DNA of 64,000 nt from Patellaria atrata CBS 101060 (taxonomy: Eukaryota). Both the position numbers and the translations under genes were made by a program. Positions 50,225 through 64,000 of the stretch are shown piece by piece (within the stretch, counting starts at the first letter, position 1; each line of letters begins with the position of its first letter). The notes under the pieces were generated by a model that ran no database searches, was not told where the DNA came from, and saw nothing but the letters and a program-made list of their open reading frames with translations. Location: positions 889,301 through 953,300 of the forward strand of contig MU006093.1 in assembly GCA_010093705.1 (NCBI GenBank), given 5' to 3'.

Positions 50225-50791
50225 TATACCTTGGTTGTGAATTAATATAAAATATGTGAAAAGTTTTCGTTATACAGATATATGAACAAAAATTTGAAAA
50301 TAAGACTGAAAAGGAAATATGAGAATACATCTATCGTGCATAGCGGAGAGGCCATGTTATCCCATAGATATATGCTGGATAATTTTAAACAAAGCTCTTT
50401 GACTATTTATATAGTAACTCAAAGAGGAACTTGAGGAGTTCTTTTACGGATTCATGGTCAAAGCTATGAGAGCTAGGACGACAAAGGAAACAAAGAATAG
50501 AAGTTAGCCAAGCAAGGAATGAACGTGACATCTTGTGAGCTAAAATCAGATTATATATATACGAACTTTAAGATACATGTGTTCACCTAAAACTAGCCAA
50601 TCAGGGTTGTTTGATCTGAATGTTTGACATCACGACTTAGTCTATAATGTCATCTCACTCAGTTGTGTTAAATGGAAGCTTTTGTAATTGTATATAAGAT
50701 TGAAAGGAGACATTGACGTGCAATGTTGAATATGAGTTCTACTTTCGTCCTAAAACACAGATTACACTCATGCAGAAGAGTTATAGCGAGA

Positions 50792-51823
50792 ATGGAAGCC
50801 TTAAAGAATACACTCGCAGAGAACTGGACAGGGACTCACAACCTCGTTTCGAAGGGGCATCAATTCGATCTCTCTTCTGTACCTGATCTCAAAGGTAAAG
50901 TAGCCGTGGTGACGGGAGGTTCGGAAGGTATCGGTTACGGGTGCACACATACACTCTTGACACACAACATTTCCAAACTCTTTATCCTTTCCATGTCTAA
51001 AGCAGTTGTCGACGGTGCAACCGATGCAATCAGGTCCGAACTTGGGGATGCAGCGGCACAAAAAGTACGCTGGCTGCAGTGCGACCTGTCCGACTGGAAA
51101 GCGACAGCAGAGACCGCCTGGAAAATATCCAAAGAGACCGACCGCCTCGATATCTTGATCAACAATGCCGGAAGAGGGATCATGACACGGCAACTCGCAT
51201 CGTCCAACGGTATGGATCTTCATATGGCCACCAATCATTTTGGTCATGTCGTTTTGACCTCACATTTGCTTCCTCTTCTGAAAAAGACTGCGGATCAAGG
51301 TTCCAAAGTACGAATTGTAAATGCCGGGTCAAATGCACATCAAAACGCTCCAAAGGAGGTAAAGTTCGAGTCTGTAGAGGAGTTGAATAAGAACTATGGG
51401 CCCAATGAGCAGTATGGCCGGTCCAAATTAGCAGCGATTCTATATTCCCGCTATCTCGCTCGCCACCTGAAGATTTCACATCCGAACATTCTCGTCAATG
51501 TATATCATCCTGGAGTGGTCGAGACGCGGCAAAGTAGCGAACACATCCTCGAGCCATATCCACTCGCTGGATATGCGATGAAGATAGGTTTGGCGCCATT
51601 CAAGAAGGGCCAGTTTGAAGGAGCTGTGAGCGCAATGTTTGCGGCAACGGTAACCGAGAAGTCTGGCCAATATATTTGCCCTCCGGCAATACCCGAGGAT
51701 GGGAGCGAGCAGTCGCAGAACAAGGAGTTAGGGGAGGCATTGATGAAGTTGACTGGAGACGTGGTACAGAGTAAAACTGCAGAACTGAGTTCAGCAAAGG
51801 GATGTCCCTTCCGCGACCATTAA
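50792..51823 (+). CDS. Short-chain dehydrogenase/reductase, BLI-4/retinol dehydrogenase-like
   Basis: TGGSEGIG, NNAG, YGRSK; N-terminal TLAEN..DLSSVPDLKGKVAVVTGG resembles Neurospora BLI-4. Confidence 0.88.
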   Translation: MEALKNTLAENWTGTHNLVSKGHQFDLSSVPDLKGKVAVVTGGSEGIGYGCTHTLLTHNISKLFILSMSKAVVDGATDAIRSELGDAAAQKVRWLQCDLSDWKATAETAWKISKETDRLDILINNAGRGIMTRQLASSNGMDLHMATNHFGHVVLTSHLLPLLKKTADQGSKVRIVNAGSNAHQNAPKEVKFESVEELNKNYGPNEQYGRSKLAAILYSRYLARHLKISHPNILVNVYHPGVVETRQSSEHILEPYPLAGYAMKIGLAPFKKGQFEGAVSAMFAATVTEKSGQYICPPAIPEDGSEQSQNKELGEALMKLTGDVVQSKTAELSSAKGCPFRDH

Positions 51824-52039
51824 TGATAGATACCGTAATCCAAAGTACTATTTAATGGATTCTCACTGCTGAATCGATACAGCAGTATAATAGATAGATG
51901 GCTGAAATTCTTCCAACCCTTGTATTCCCAATATAGATGGCACAGTGCGTCGTGATATCGTTTCCAATTCAGGGGAATATGTACTAAGGATATATGGTGT
52001 ATATTGTTCAACTTCGCATAGTCCTTCCGCATCTGTACT

Positions 52040-53294
52040 TCAAGGACCCCGTGACTTTTTGGTCGCTAACTTCGGAAGCTGTATCTTTCCTATCGATACT
52101 TTTGCTCCTCTGACCTTTTGAACTTGCGCAACGGCATCACCGGAAAGGAATCTCATCGCGCTTTCCAAACGCTTATCCTTTCTTTTCCGCATCCAGAGCA
52201 AAATAAAGACCAGTAGGACAAAATCAATGGCGATGTGCTTGACTGCAGACCATAAAAACCACCACATCCAACTAATTATTGATTGTCGCCTCCGATAGCT
52301 GAATAATCGTCTGGATTCTAATTGCTCCCTTAGAGCGGCGACCTCTGTGGTCATTTTGGTGAGGGCTTGTTCAACTCGTCGCCGCCATTTCTGATCCTCG
52401 GGATTTGTCGCAGGTTGAACAAAGCCTTGTGCTTTATTGTCGTGAGCTGAAGGCGACTCTGAACCTGAAGAGAGGTGGCGGTCTTCCGGGGAGTCATCAT
52501 CATTATACTGAGAATCTGGCGCATCCACAAACTCTTCGCCATTATCTTCTAGATCATCCTCTTCTTGCGACTGCGAAAGTGGGCTCAGTACTCTAAGAGG
52601 TTGCTCAATCGACCGATCTGTTGAGCGAAATTGTCTCTGCTGAGGCGGGTCGACAGTGGTAGAGTAGCTCGGTGTGGGCCGGAAGTTTGCGGGGACGGAC
52701 CCGATAGTTTGAAGTGGAGAAGACGACGATGAAGATGGTACATTTGACTTAACCTGATCCCACACAAACTCTAGCTCTGCTACGAGTTCGCGTGTATCCG
52801 GGCTGGGAGACGCGTACTTGTGCATTGTTTCTAGAAGTGTACAGATATAGCGGCGTTTAGCCTCAGTGCGCGAAATGCAATTCTGTTCTTTCCATGCGTC
52901 CCTACATAGAGACATGTCAATTCGGTATCCGGCTGATGAAGAGTCAGACTCGTATAAACCATTTATCGCGCGCTCTCTGCGCGTCTTCACTATCTCCAGA
53001 AGGCCGGTCCATTATTCCATCAACATCACCCTCTGCAAGGCGTCAGTAGATGTCTCAAAGCAAAACGAAGATTCTAGATCGTATCGCACCCATGCTCTGT
53101 TTGTATAGACCGTATAGCTTCAGTCGAGTGGACGAAGGAGGCTTTTCAGATCCAGTCTGGATCTTGTTGACGGTATTGAGCGCATGGCTGAACACCCTAT
53201 CTAAATAACAGGATCATTAGCAATGTTCCATAAGAACTTATGATTATTATGTATCGCTTTCAATAAAATGCGACCTACCAACCGAGTCTGACAT
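52040..53294 (-). CDS. Acyl-CoA-binding domain protein with coiled coil and C-terminal TM (Atg37/ACBD5-like)
   Basis: Spliced N-terminus MSDSVDRVF..RLKLYGLYKQSMEGD..KWDAW..SRTEAKRRYI; coiled coil LTKMTTEVAALREQLE; TM followed by basic RKRK. Confidence 0.82.
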
Positions 53295-54035
53295 ACTGAA
53301 ATTCGCTGGATGGGAACAGTGACAATCCGTCAGGTGGTCATCCGTTCAGTAAGCGGTGATAGTATTTTATATACGATTGAAACGTTGACTCCGAGCTAGG
53401 AGCACGCGTAGTCTGTAGAAAATCAATGTTGTTCATGGTTTATACGTGATGCTTATGTATATCTACAAGTCCCTCCATTGACCTTTGCCTCGGTCAAGAG
53501 TTATGCCAAGAGCCGCCGTCCCGTGCTTACTTATTTGATAACGGCGAATTCTGAGCAGAACTGGAGAGCCCATATATTGTCATATGGATAGCTTAGGGCA
53601 CGGTAAGTATGGGGTAATCGTAATTGGATAACTTAAGACCCTAATAATTAGTATGTTAACGGCGGATGCTCTATTGTGGGGAATAGAATGGGTTTGTCGA
53701 CGCGAATATCAGGTCGGATGGGAAAAACGGTAACCAGGTACGAACAAACAAATTGATGCTCTCAATATAATTCATTCTTGCACGAAAGCCGGGAGCGGAC
53801 AGTGAACTTGGTATTGCCTTTGTTTTCTGTACAATCGGGGGCAACGTCTAATCTACAGTCGACACAGCAGAAATGAGCAAACCGAAGGAACCCAGTAACA
53901 ACAAGTGTAAGTGATTCTTGAGTACTTGCTGAAAGGATGGGGGCTTGCCGTGTTCCCCATCCCACAAATAAACTTAAAGAAATATTCATCGGTACTAGTA
54001 GTTGGAAATGGGGTGGTCTCTGTTATAGCTTTGCT

Positions 54036-54814
54036 CTATTCTTCGTCTTCATCGTCCTGAACACCTGATTGTGCTTTTAGGGGACTTTGAACCATCATGC
54101 CCTTGTATCCGGTAATCGGCTCCATCTTGTTTTCCTGTTATTCAATAGTAAGCCACTGCCTTCTAAAAGCTAGGACACATGGATCCCTTAGACCGCAACA
54201 TACCCTCATGTATTCTTCTGTAGCCTCCTGCCATTCCTTCGTCATTGACCTAGGAGGAGGTCCAGCGAAATGTCTTGTAGTTGCGAAGACGATGAAAGAG
54301 ACAAATACACCGGCAAAAGTATAGAGAATGACTTTTCTCGTCTCCCCCGGCGGCGCCTCCGCGCGGGGTCCATGTGGACCAAATGCAATCCAGTAAGCTA
54401 AAGGTAGTGTCAGCAAGCGGTTTTTTCAAGAAATAATGCGTACGCAGTGAAGAGAATCGTAACGGTACAGCTCAGAAGGTATCATCTATGAGCTGGAATC
54501 TCGATGCGCTAAACGACGGTAGCTTCTATGCCGGAAATAGCACACATACCCGCTTTCTTCTCGGCCAAGGTAAGTTCATGCCAGTCAGCCTTCATTCGAT
54601 CCCTCAACTGCATCCACAAGTCTGCCTGTTCCTGAGGAGGCATCCCCTCCCACCTCTTCTCGATATTGGCCAGAGTCGGGTTAGAGATTGCATGGGCTGC
54701 TCGGGTTTGTTGTTGGATGCATAGAGCTGGCGAAGCTTTCACAGCGCCACGAGACGCGGTGGAGGAAAGGAAGGAGGTCGAGCTTCCCGCTCTCAGGAGA
54801 GAAGTCCGAAGCAT
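54036..54814 (-). CDS. COX5: Cytochrome c oxidase subunit V (COX IV family)
   Basis: Mitochondrial presequence, AHAISNPTLANIEKRWE, AYWIAFGPHGPR, MTKEWQEA. Two introns (first 54398-54549). Confidence 0.93.
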
Positions 54815-56488
54815 GCCAGGCAGAGTGGAGAGGAACCAAGGAGGAAGGAAATGAACTAAAAAGAGAAATTACCAAGCCAGGCTCCCCGTGGAGATCCAAT
54901 TGATGGGTTGAAGAGCGCAACTGTTGATGTGGTGCGGAGCTGGATGACGAGGAGGTTGTTGTTTGAGGTGGTGAGACTTGGTGGAAGCGAAAATCATTCG
55001 AGCAACCCAAGCGTGTTCTTTGTCCCGTCAGACCAATCAAATGGCTTAGTTTACTACCTAGGTAGAGCTACCTTAACTTTGAAGTGTCTCCTTCCCGTCT
55101 ACCTTACCTTTCTCTGTACCCTAAAAGAACACAATGTCCATTGCCCTCGTCAGAATATATAGAAGCCATATTCACGACGAAGTCTCCAGCGCACAGTACA
55201 GTACAGTACAACTCACTTTAGCACAACAATTAGGAATAAGGGCACCTTGAAATTCGATCTAGGGTTTGAAAGCAGTCGTTCTCACGAACATCGACCCTAT
55301 CCTGTACGGAGGTACATCTAATCTTTTTTTTTTAATTTCTATAAGCTCTTCCATCTTCCTATTATATTAGTCGGGCTAAAAACTACATTGGATTACACAG
55401 CGGGAATCGCCCATGTATCCTATATTTTCAAACATATACAGTATGCGTGACTGACCAGTTATTAAAATCAAAAGAAACAAAACACTCTTCATTCCGGATC
55501 AGTCGGGATTACAGTAAGAAAAAGCAATTTGGTCTTCATGTTGCGTCACATGTCAGCTAAAATGCGTAATATTCTCACACAGAGAAAAATAGAACCATCC
55601 TTCTTTTGGCCTTAACATGACTGACAAATAGACAACGAAGAGTCATACCATAGTCACAAGGTCTTGGTTTTGTCACCCTACCTTATTCTTGATTTCCACC
55701 GTCCTTCTCCGCTCGCCGTCTGCATATCGCTCAAACGGGCCCTAATATTACAGAACGCATCAGAGTCTTAGAACTACCTTAGCCTTCCAAATTTAATGTA
55801 CGCAGGTACGACCCCTAGAAATCAACGAGTGCTCCAAAGATATCTCGGGAATACACGGGATATTGGCACGGAGCCACGATCAAGGAAGCAGAACTCGAGA
55901 CTCTGGATTTTCTTTCATAGTCGAACAACAGTTTGAGGTAACTCCCAAGTCCCGGAGTGAACCGGAGGCTGGGCGAGTGGTAGAAAGGAAGAGCGCAGAT
56001 GTTTTCCGAGGTCCGACATAGAGAATGGTAATTCGGATAACAGAAGAAAAGCTGTGCTGTACTGTACATCCAGGCATCGTATCCGAGTTCTCGTGGCGAA
56101 GAGGGATTTACAACCGCGTACGGTATCCTCGTGATAGCTGCCTTGAGCTTAAGTGCTTGACAAACATTCCAGATGGAGGAGGGGGAGGTGTCTGTGGTGT
56201 AGATGTCCGTGGCTTCGGATGTGCCCATCATGATTGGTCTCTCTTGTGTGACGTTGTACCCCTCCATCAAAATAAAATGCTCTGCCCCGCTGCCTTTCTT
56301 CGGCCTCAACAACTCATCACTTTTCTTCCCTTAATTCTTCTCACTTCATTGAGAATCTCCAATTCATTAAGAGAGCCCTGAACAACTTTTATCAAACTCA
56401 ATTGTCCGTCGTGAGACCCAATCCTTACAACTTAACAGGAACAAGCACCTTACTAACTAACATTCGATACCTTTAGTCTTCACCCAAC

Positions 56489-57935
<1,447 letters not shown>

Positions 57936-59023
57936 GAAATGGGACAATGCGAGCTCCAACTGAGTAAGCTATGAGATTGTCCGTTAAATTTCACTGGAAT
58001 AGCTCAATCGCTTGCGAGCGTTAGAAGATATTCTTGCTGGTTGCTCAAGTGAACGTAGAAAAAGGTTACAATGTGTATAGAAATGAATTAGATTCCTCAT
58101 ATGTCGACCCAAACTCAAAATTTCCGATTCCAAACAGGAATCTGTATGCAGACAACAGATGATTTGCAATGTTTTGTGATGTAAAGCACTCGAGTGACTC
58201 GACGTTAGAACTGATTAGAGAGCTTTTGTTGGTTATAATGTCACCCCATGAAACTGGCCGCTAGCGGGGTTTAGTTCTGACTTCTAGCGAAACCCGGCCG
58301 ATTCCAGCTTTCACTAATCGCTTCCATTACGACCGTACTCCGTAGTTCTACCTTACCTCGGGACGCCTAGAAACTATTCGCGACGGGAACCTACCTACTT
58401 CCTACCTTCAGCTCCTTACCTTGCAGAGACCTTCAGTATCACCTTGCTCTTATTCGTCCCTAATCACTTACACCTCTTAAGTACATCCTCAGCCACGCTT
58501 ATGATTATTGGACTGACCTTTGATTCGTTATCCCTAATTCAAAGAAGTCCAAGCCAAAGGGATTAGAATCCGTACAAAAAGCACTCTAAGTTTTTGAAGA
58601 ACGTGTACAGTACCGTACGTGCTTTAGAACTAGCTGTACATAGTCAAAACCGGTATTTATTACATGAGTAAGTCACTCGGGTCTTGCCCATCTCGTATTA
58701 TCAGCCAGCTCTACTTCTACTTTGATACTGTTTCAGCTGTTGTTTCTATTTCTTTCAGTTGCTTTCAGTCATTTTCTAATCCCTTTTCCCGAACCCGGAT
58801 CTATCTCTCTGGTATACATTCCTTGATCTATCCACTATTCAACTTCTAAAGATCAAAGTACGACGATAATGACGTTCTGATTATTGAACTCCCTTCTTTC
58901 GAAGACTGACCTAAACCTATGCTGCAGTAATTACTGAGTAAAGAATCAAACAGGGAGATGAGCCGGTGACGTTAAAGAAGCGTTTGCCAGCTTCTAAATC
59001 ATCTGAGGGAAAGCTGAGATATT

Positions 59024-61892
59024 ATGGACGTCGACACGTTGTTCATGGGTGACGGCTCAGTCTTGAATACGACAGAGACCAATGGCGCTCCTACTACTGT
59101 CGACCCTGCTTTCCTTGATGCAAACCTGGCTGCGGGGATAATTCGCAGTTCAAAGTCCTCGAACACTTTCTCAGATACTTCAATGAAGTCTTCTTCTTCT
59201 GATAGCGAAGAGGAACACGAGGTCCTCGATTATGTTCGGCAACCAAGTCCAGAAGTCGTGATTCCAACGTCACGATCAGTAAAACTCCCTTACACCTCTT
59301 CAAGGTCCGGTCTAGTCTACGATGTACGGATGAGATTTCACGCAGAGATAGTTAGCGAATACGCTGATGCTACGGACGTACATCCTGAAGATCCCCGGCG
59401 AATCTTGGAGATATATGAAGAACTACTACACGCCGGTCTCATCGAGGAAGACCCCGCGGAACCGGGGACGGCTCATGAATATACCCTCAAGAGACTTCAA
59501 GCGCGGGAAGCTACGGGTGCAGAGATTTGCCTGGTCCATAGCAAACGACACTTCAAATGGGTCCGTGATCTAGAAAGTAGGTTATGTATCTCTTACATAG
59601 AAAGGGCTTGGTTAAACTTTTACCAGGCATGACACGAGACGAGCTTGTTGATCTGGGCAATCAGATGGATTCTCTTTATCTCCATGGCTCCACCTTTTTT
59701 TGTGCTCGCCTCTCAGCTGGTGGTGCTATTGAAGCATGTCGGGCAGTGGTAACAGGGCACGTCAAGAACTCGATCGCAGTTATTAGACCACCTGGACATC
59801 ACGCAGAACCAAAGAAGCCAGGCGGTTTCTGCCTCTTCAACAATGTTAGCATCGCTGCAAGGGTGTGTCAAGCGGACTACCCTGACCTATGCCGAAAAGT
59901 CCTAATCCTAGACTGGGACGTTCATCACGGGAATGGTGTCCAGGAAGCATTTTATGATGATCCCAATGTCCTTTATATCTCCTTACATGTCCATAAGGAT
60001 GGGACATTCTATCCAACCGGACCGACGGGAAATCACACTTACTGTGGTGGGCCGTCAGCAATAGGGAAGAATGTCAATATCCCATGGAGTCGTCACGGAA
60101 TGGGGGATGGAGATTATATGCTCGCTTTTCAAACTATCATTATGCCAGTAGCTATGGAGTTCGACCCAGACCTCGTGATAATCTCTGCAGGCTTTGACGC
60201 TGCGGAAGGAGACACTCTTGGTGGATGCCATGTATCACCGGCTTGCTATGCACATATGACCCATATGCTCATGTCTCTAGCTCATGGGAAGGTCGCCGTA
60301 TGCTTAGAAGGAGGTTATAATCTCCGTTCTATTGCCAAATCTGCGCTCGCAGTAACACGGACGTTGATGGGGGAACCTCCTGACCGACTAGAGAATCTCA
60401 TAGCTACAGATTCCGGTGCAGAAGTCATTGATCTCGTAATAAAGCAGCAGTCGCGCTTCTGGAAATGTCTATATCCAAAAACAGAATCCCGCGCTGTTGT
60501 GAAAGGCAACCCCATCCACGATATACTCCGTGAGTGGCAGTCGATGCTCTTGGGCTCTGAATACAATATGTCAGAGTTGTTCATACTTCGAGAGGAGATC
60601 TCTCCTTCATTTTCAAAGCAGGTTCTAGCAACGTATGTGCACTAATATTATAGAATTGGTCCTCTTCTTGACACCTTCGGCAGAGAAAACTACGCCCACA
60701 GCGGTCCTCTCTTAGTAATCGTCCATGATCCACCACAAGCTAATGGACAAGCACACCATCGAACTGGCCTTTTGGATCTTCACAACACTCATCTGGTACG
60801 TGACAAGTGCAGAGATGTACTGACTGTCCGCTGACGTTTGACAACAAGGCTGATGAGACTAAGACCTATATTGACTGGGCCTGCACACACGGGTTTGCCG
60901 TAATAGACGTCAATATACCAAAGCAGATAACTGGCCTTGAGGTAAGAGTCTATTATACGAAGTTTGCCCTAAACTCAACGCTGTATAGGACCCCTCGGTG
61001 TCTGAAGAAAGTGCGGAAAAGCACACTCAACTATCTAGGGATTTGCTCCAATACATCTGGGAGAATTATATTGAGTAAGTATCAAAACTGAGTTTGAAAT
61101 ATTATACTAAATGTGCTCTAGGATCAATGACTCTCAACAGATCTTCATGATGGGTGTTGGCGCGGCCGGTGCACATGTCCTTCACCTACTTAGCTCGAAT
61201 GGTATGAAGCACTGCTAAACCTTTGTTGTTTGCAATATTAACGAAATCTAATCCTATTGTTTGGTAGAGGAGATAATGGATCGAGTAGCACATGTGATAA
61301 ACTTTGTAGCGGATAATGCTCTCCTCGCCGTACGTCGACAGACAGACGATGCGAGCGCTTGGTACTGGAGGGTAAGTGCAGTTCTCGCCTTTCTTGGACC
61401 GTTCCGTCTTTCCCAATTCATTACATCTCTAACTTCATTCTCGTTGGAAGGTCATGATCTTATGCCGTATAGACTATATCCGATACCTTGCTGACGTACT
61501 CGTAGAACTCTCATGTTTTTGTCGCTAACAGCCATTTGGCCTGGGACCCAGAGCGAAAGAAGCGCAAGAAGTACGGAAACATCATTAAATCTCCGTATGA
61601 TGGTATAAACGATATGTTGTATGCGCATAGGCATGATGTGACTACGTTCCTAGACCAGTCAACCCAAGAGTGGCAAAAGGGACAGACCGAACAGCAGAGA
61701 CGTAAACGTAAAGAGTTGAACAGCAACTTGCTTAATGCTTCTACTCATCTCCAAGAAATCACTTCTACCAGCGACGAAAGAAGTGGGCTGAGAAGCCCAG
61801 GTGGTCCACCCATTGGAATGTTCGGAGTCTCAGCCGGTCCGTTTGGAGGAGTCCGCCAGCAAGGCCTGGGTGGTGGTAGGGAGATCAAGTAG
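59024..61892 (+). CDS. HDA1: Class II histone deacetylase (Hda1/Clr3) with C-terminal Arb2-like domain
   Basis: HPEDPRRI, IRPPGHHAE, DWDVHHGNG, SAGFDAA, LEGGY. Multiple short introns in the 3' half. Confidence 0.93.
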
Positions 61893-62286
61893 AGGAAAGG
61901 GTGGGACTTGAATACTTTAATAACGTAGGCATGAGTAAAAGTCAAGCGATTGTCCGGCCTGGTCATTTGGATAGGACATCTCAATGGGTTGGGGTGCAGA
62001 TAAGGATTACTGTTTAACAGAGGTGTTGCCGCGTGGACTCCACAATAGTCAGTTTGAGCTCCCCTTATCGCAGGTCATCAGCACAAAAAATTTATTCTAC
62101 AAACGACAACCCTGTCTTCTATTGTCTCCTGTGTTCTTATAAAGCTCGTAGACATTCCCCAACGCATCTCAAGTCTCTTACTACCTTTCAGGCCTCCTAA
62201 TAAACGAGGCCTATTGAGATTGTCAACGGCTGTCTCATTCTTGAACAAAGCTGTTTGACCCTTCATCAATATCTGTCCTTTACAAT

Positions 62287-63657
62287 ATGGCGAAAGAATC
62301 CCGCCGCGGTTCTACTTCCGCTTGGTCTGGGTTTCCAGTTGACTTCGAGGTCTCGCCCGAGCGTCATCGCACCCGCGCTTCTCGCCGCCAATCTGCTGTT
62401 CCGTTCTTACCACAACCTCAAAGCAACAACGTCTTGGCCTATCAAACCATGGACAAGAACGTCAATGCTGAAATGGAACATACCGTCTGTGGATCTTCAG
62501 TTCATCGTGCAGGTACTCCATTAGAACACGGAATGATGCATCTCCCATCGAACCTCCTCTCCACACACGACCCTACCGACAACTTTGACAACCATCTCGA
62601 TAAGCGTTTTGAGCGTTTGTCTATGGATTCGAGCTTTGAGCAACGTCATGCTGATGAAAACGGAGGAGTCAAGCTCCAACAAGGTGCCGCCGCTCCTATT
62701 CCTGCCCACGAGTTGATGAAATTCTCCAACAACTCCATACTTGATACACCCGTTCCTGAGGATTTGAGGGATGTGCCGATGAAGAAGACCTCCCGCTCTA
62801 ACTCCATGGAAAATACTGTGGCAGGTGCAGTAGGACCTTCTGGCTGTGCATCTTCTCCCTCTTCCCTAGATATGGTCTTGAACCGCGTTCGTGCTAGTAC
62901 CGGTGGCTCCATCGTCCTTCAAAGCTCCTCACCTAGTAGTCACGACTCACTCCAGGCTCCAATTGCCACTGTGGTGAACTGCATCTTCGTATATCATATT
63001 CATGATCCTCAGCAGCGTTACCACATGATTCCAGTGGGAGTTCTCAACCAACCTGGAGTAAGCAGCTCTTCAATTCTAACTATGTTTCAGTTACTAATCG
63101 TAACCTAGGGTCTCGAATTTTTGATTAACTCTCTCTATGGAACCGAGGGCCCTGTTCACATATATCTATCCAGTGAACCTCTACCACACCCATGTGTCGA
63201 TTCCCGCGAAACGGTTGGCATGCTCAGGCCATATTATCTTTACCCGGTATTGACCGCCACGTATCCTTTCATCGAGATCACTGTCGTTCCCCGCTACAAA
63301 GAGTTCTCTCAATTTCGCTTCGTCATCAAACTTCCTGCTAACGCTGGCGTCTGGGAACTCCGCAACCTGGCCATGACTGAGATACGTAAGCTGACAAAGA
63401 ACGGACCCGATTTCAAGATGCTGGTTCTTATCGAGACCGTCGGGAACAAGATCATGCGAGACTATGAGGAGATTGGTAACTACATCCTCAAGAAAGGTTT
63501 CTGCGAACACCGTAAAATGATGGTCTCCACGGCGTGGCAGAGTGCTCCCGGTTTCGCTATCATTCAGCAGCCAAAGTATACTTGGTTTGCTCCCAGCGAC
63601 CGTGAAGACGTTTGTGCTATCATGGAAGGCGCACCATGGAACCGCTCGAATGTTTGA
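62287..63657 (+). CDS. Hypothetical protein (about 440 aa)
   Basis: ORFs 62287-63057 and 63109-63657 joined by phase-0 intron 63058-63108 (GTAAGC..CTAAT..TAG). Codon usage looks coding; no family recognised. Confidence 0.65.
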
Positions 63658-64000
63658 GACTCGAACATAGGACAGGCTGTCGCCGTTGAAATTCACTAGG
63701 ATGTATGCGGTAACAGTTACCTGAATCACTTGGGCTTCAGCTGAGAGAACACCTTGATAAGAGATATTGAAGCATCAGAGCGTCTAAGTTTATATATTGG
63801 AGATCACATATTACATATCGCTGAGAGACGTTGGCTATTGAGCGTTGAGTTGGACTTTGGACGGCTAAAACCCTTATTGGACCTCGTCTGCCATTGGTTG
63901 TAAATGACGAATTTTCCCTTATGTGATTCTAAAGGCCCCGGTTTATGAAATTTCTTTGTCTTCTGGGATGTTGGGCATGCAACCTTACACTATCAAACCA

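Overview
Eukaryotic, intron-containing DNA from a filamentous ascomycete (Pezizomycotina; the GAPDH sequence and intron style suggest Dothideomycetes, but this is not proven). The window holds about 21 mostly housekeeping genes. In order: the 3' end of a ZIP metal transporter, a secreted AA8 cytochrome + AA12 PQQ-dehydrogenase fusion, NEO1, SEC16, an RS/Pro-rich protein, CUS1/SF3B2, an aldo-keto reductase, PMA1, RNase H1, a DUF202 membrane protein, PFK26, a DUF3074/START-like protein, SPC97/GCP2, an orphan, a secreted HEXXH zincin, a bli-4-like SDR, an ACBP/Atg37-like protein, COX5, GAPDH, HDA1 and a second orphan. There are two 100-N assembly gaps. I found no supported tRNA, rRNA, transposon or CRISPR. 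The most interesting signals are hidden RNA-level ones: (i) an in-frame PTS1 (-SKL) behind the GAPDH stop codon; (ii) a candidate [D1,2] stwintron plus an open N-terminal extension in the RNase H1 leader; (iii) stacked splice donors in the PMA1 leader and a possible alternative PMA1 tail; (iv) an AG|GT tandem intron in HDA1; (v) a recurring intergenic TACWGTA palindrome. Exon boundaries were inferred by eye from GT/AG, branch sites and reading frame; no database searches were run.
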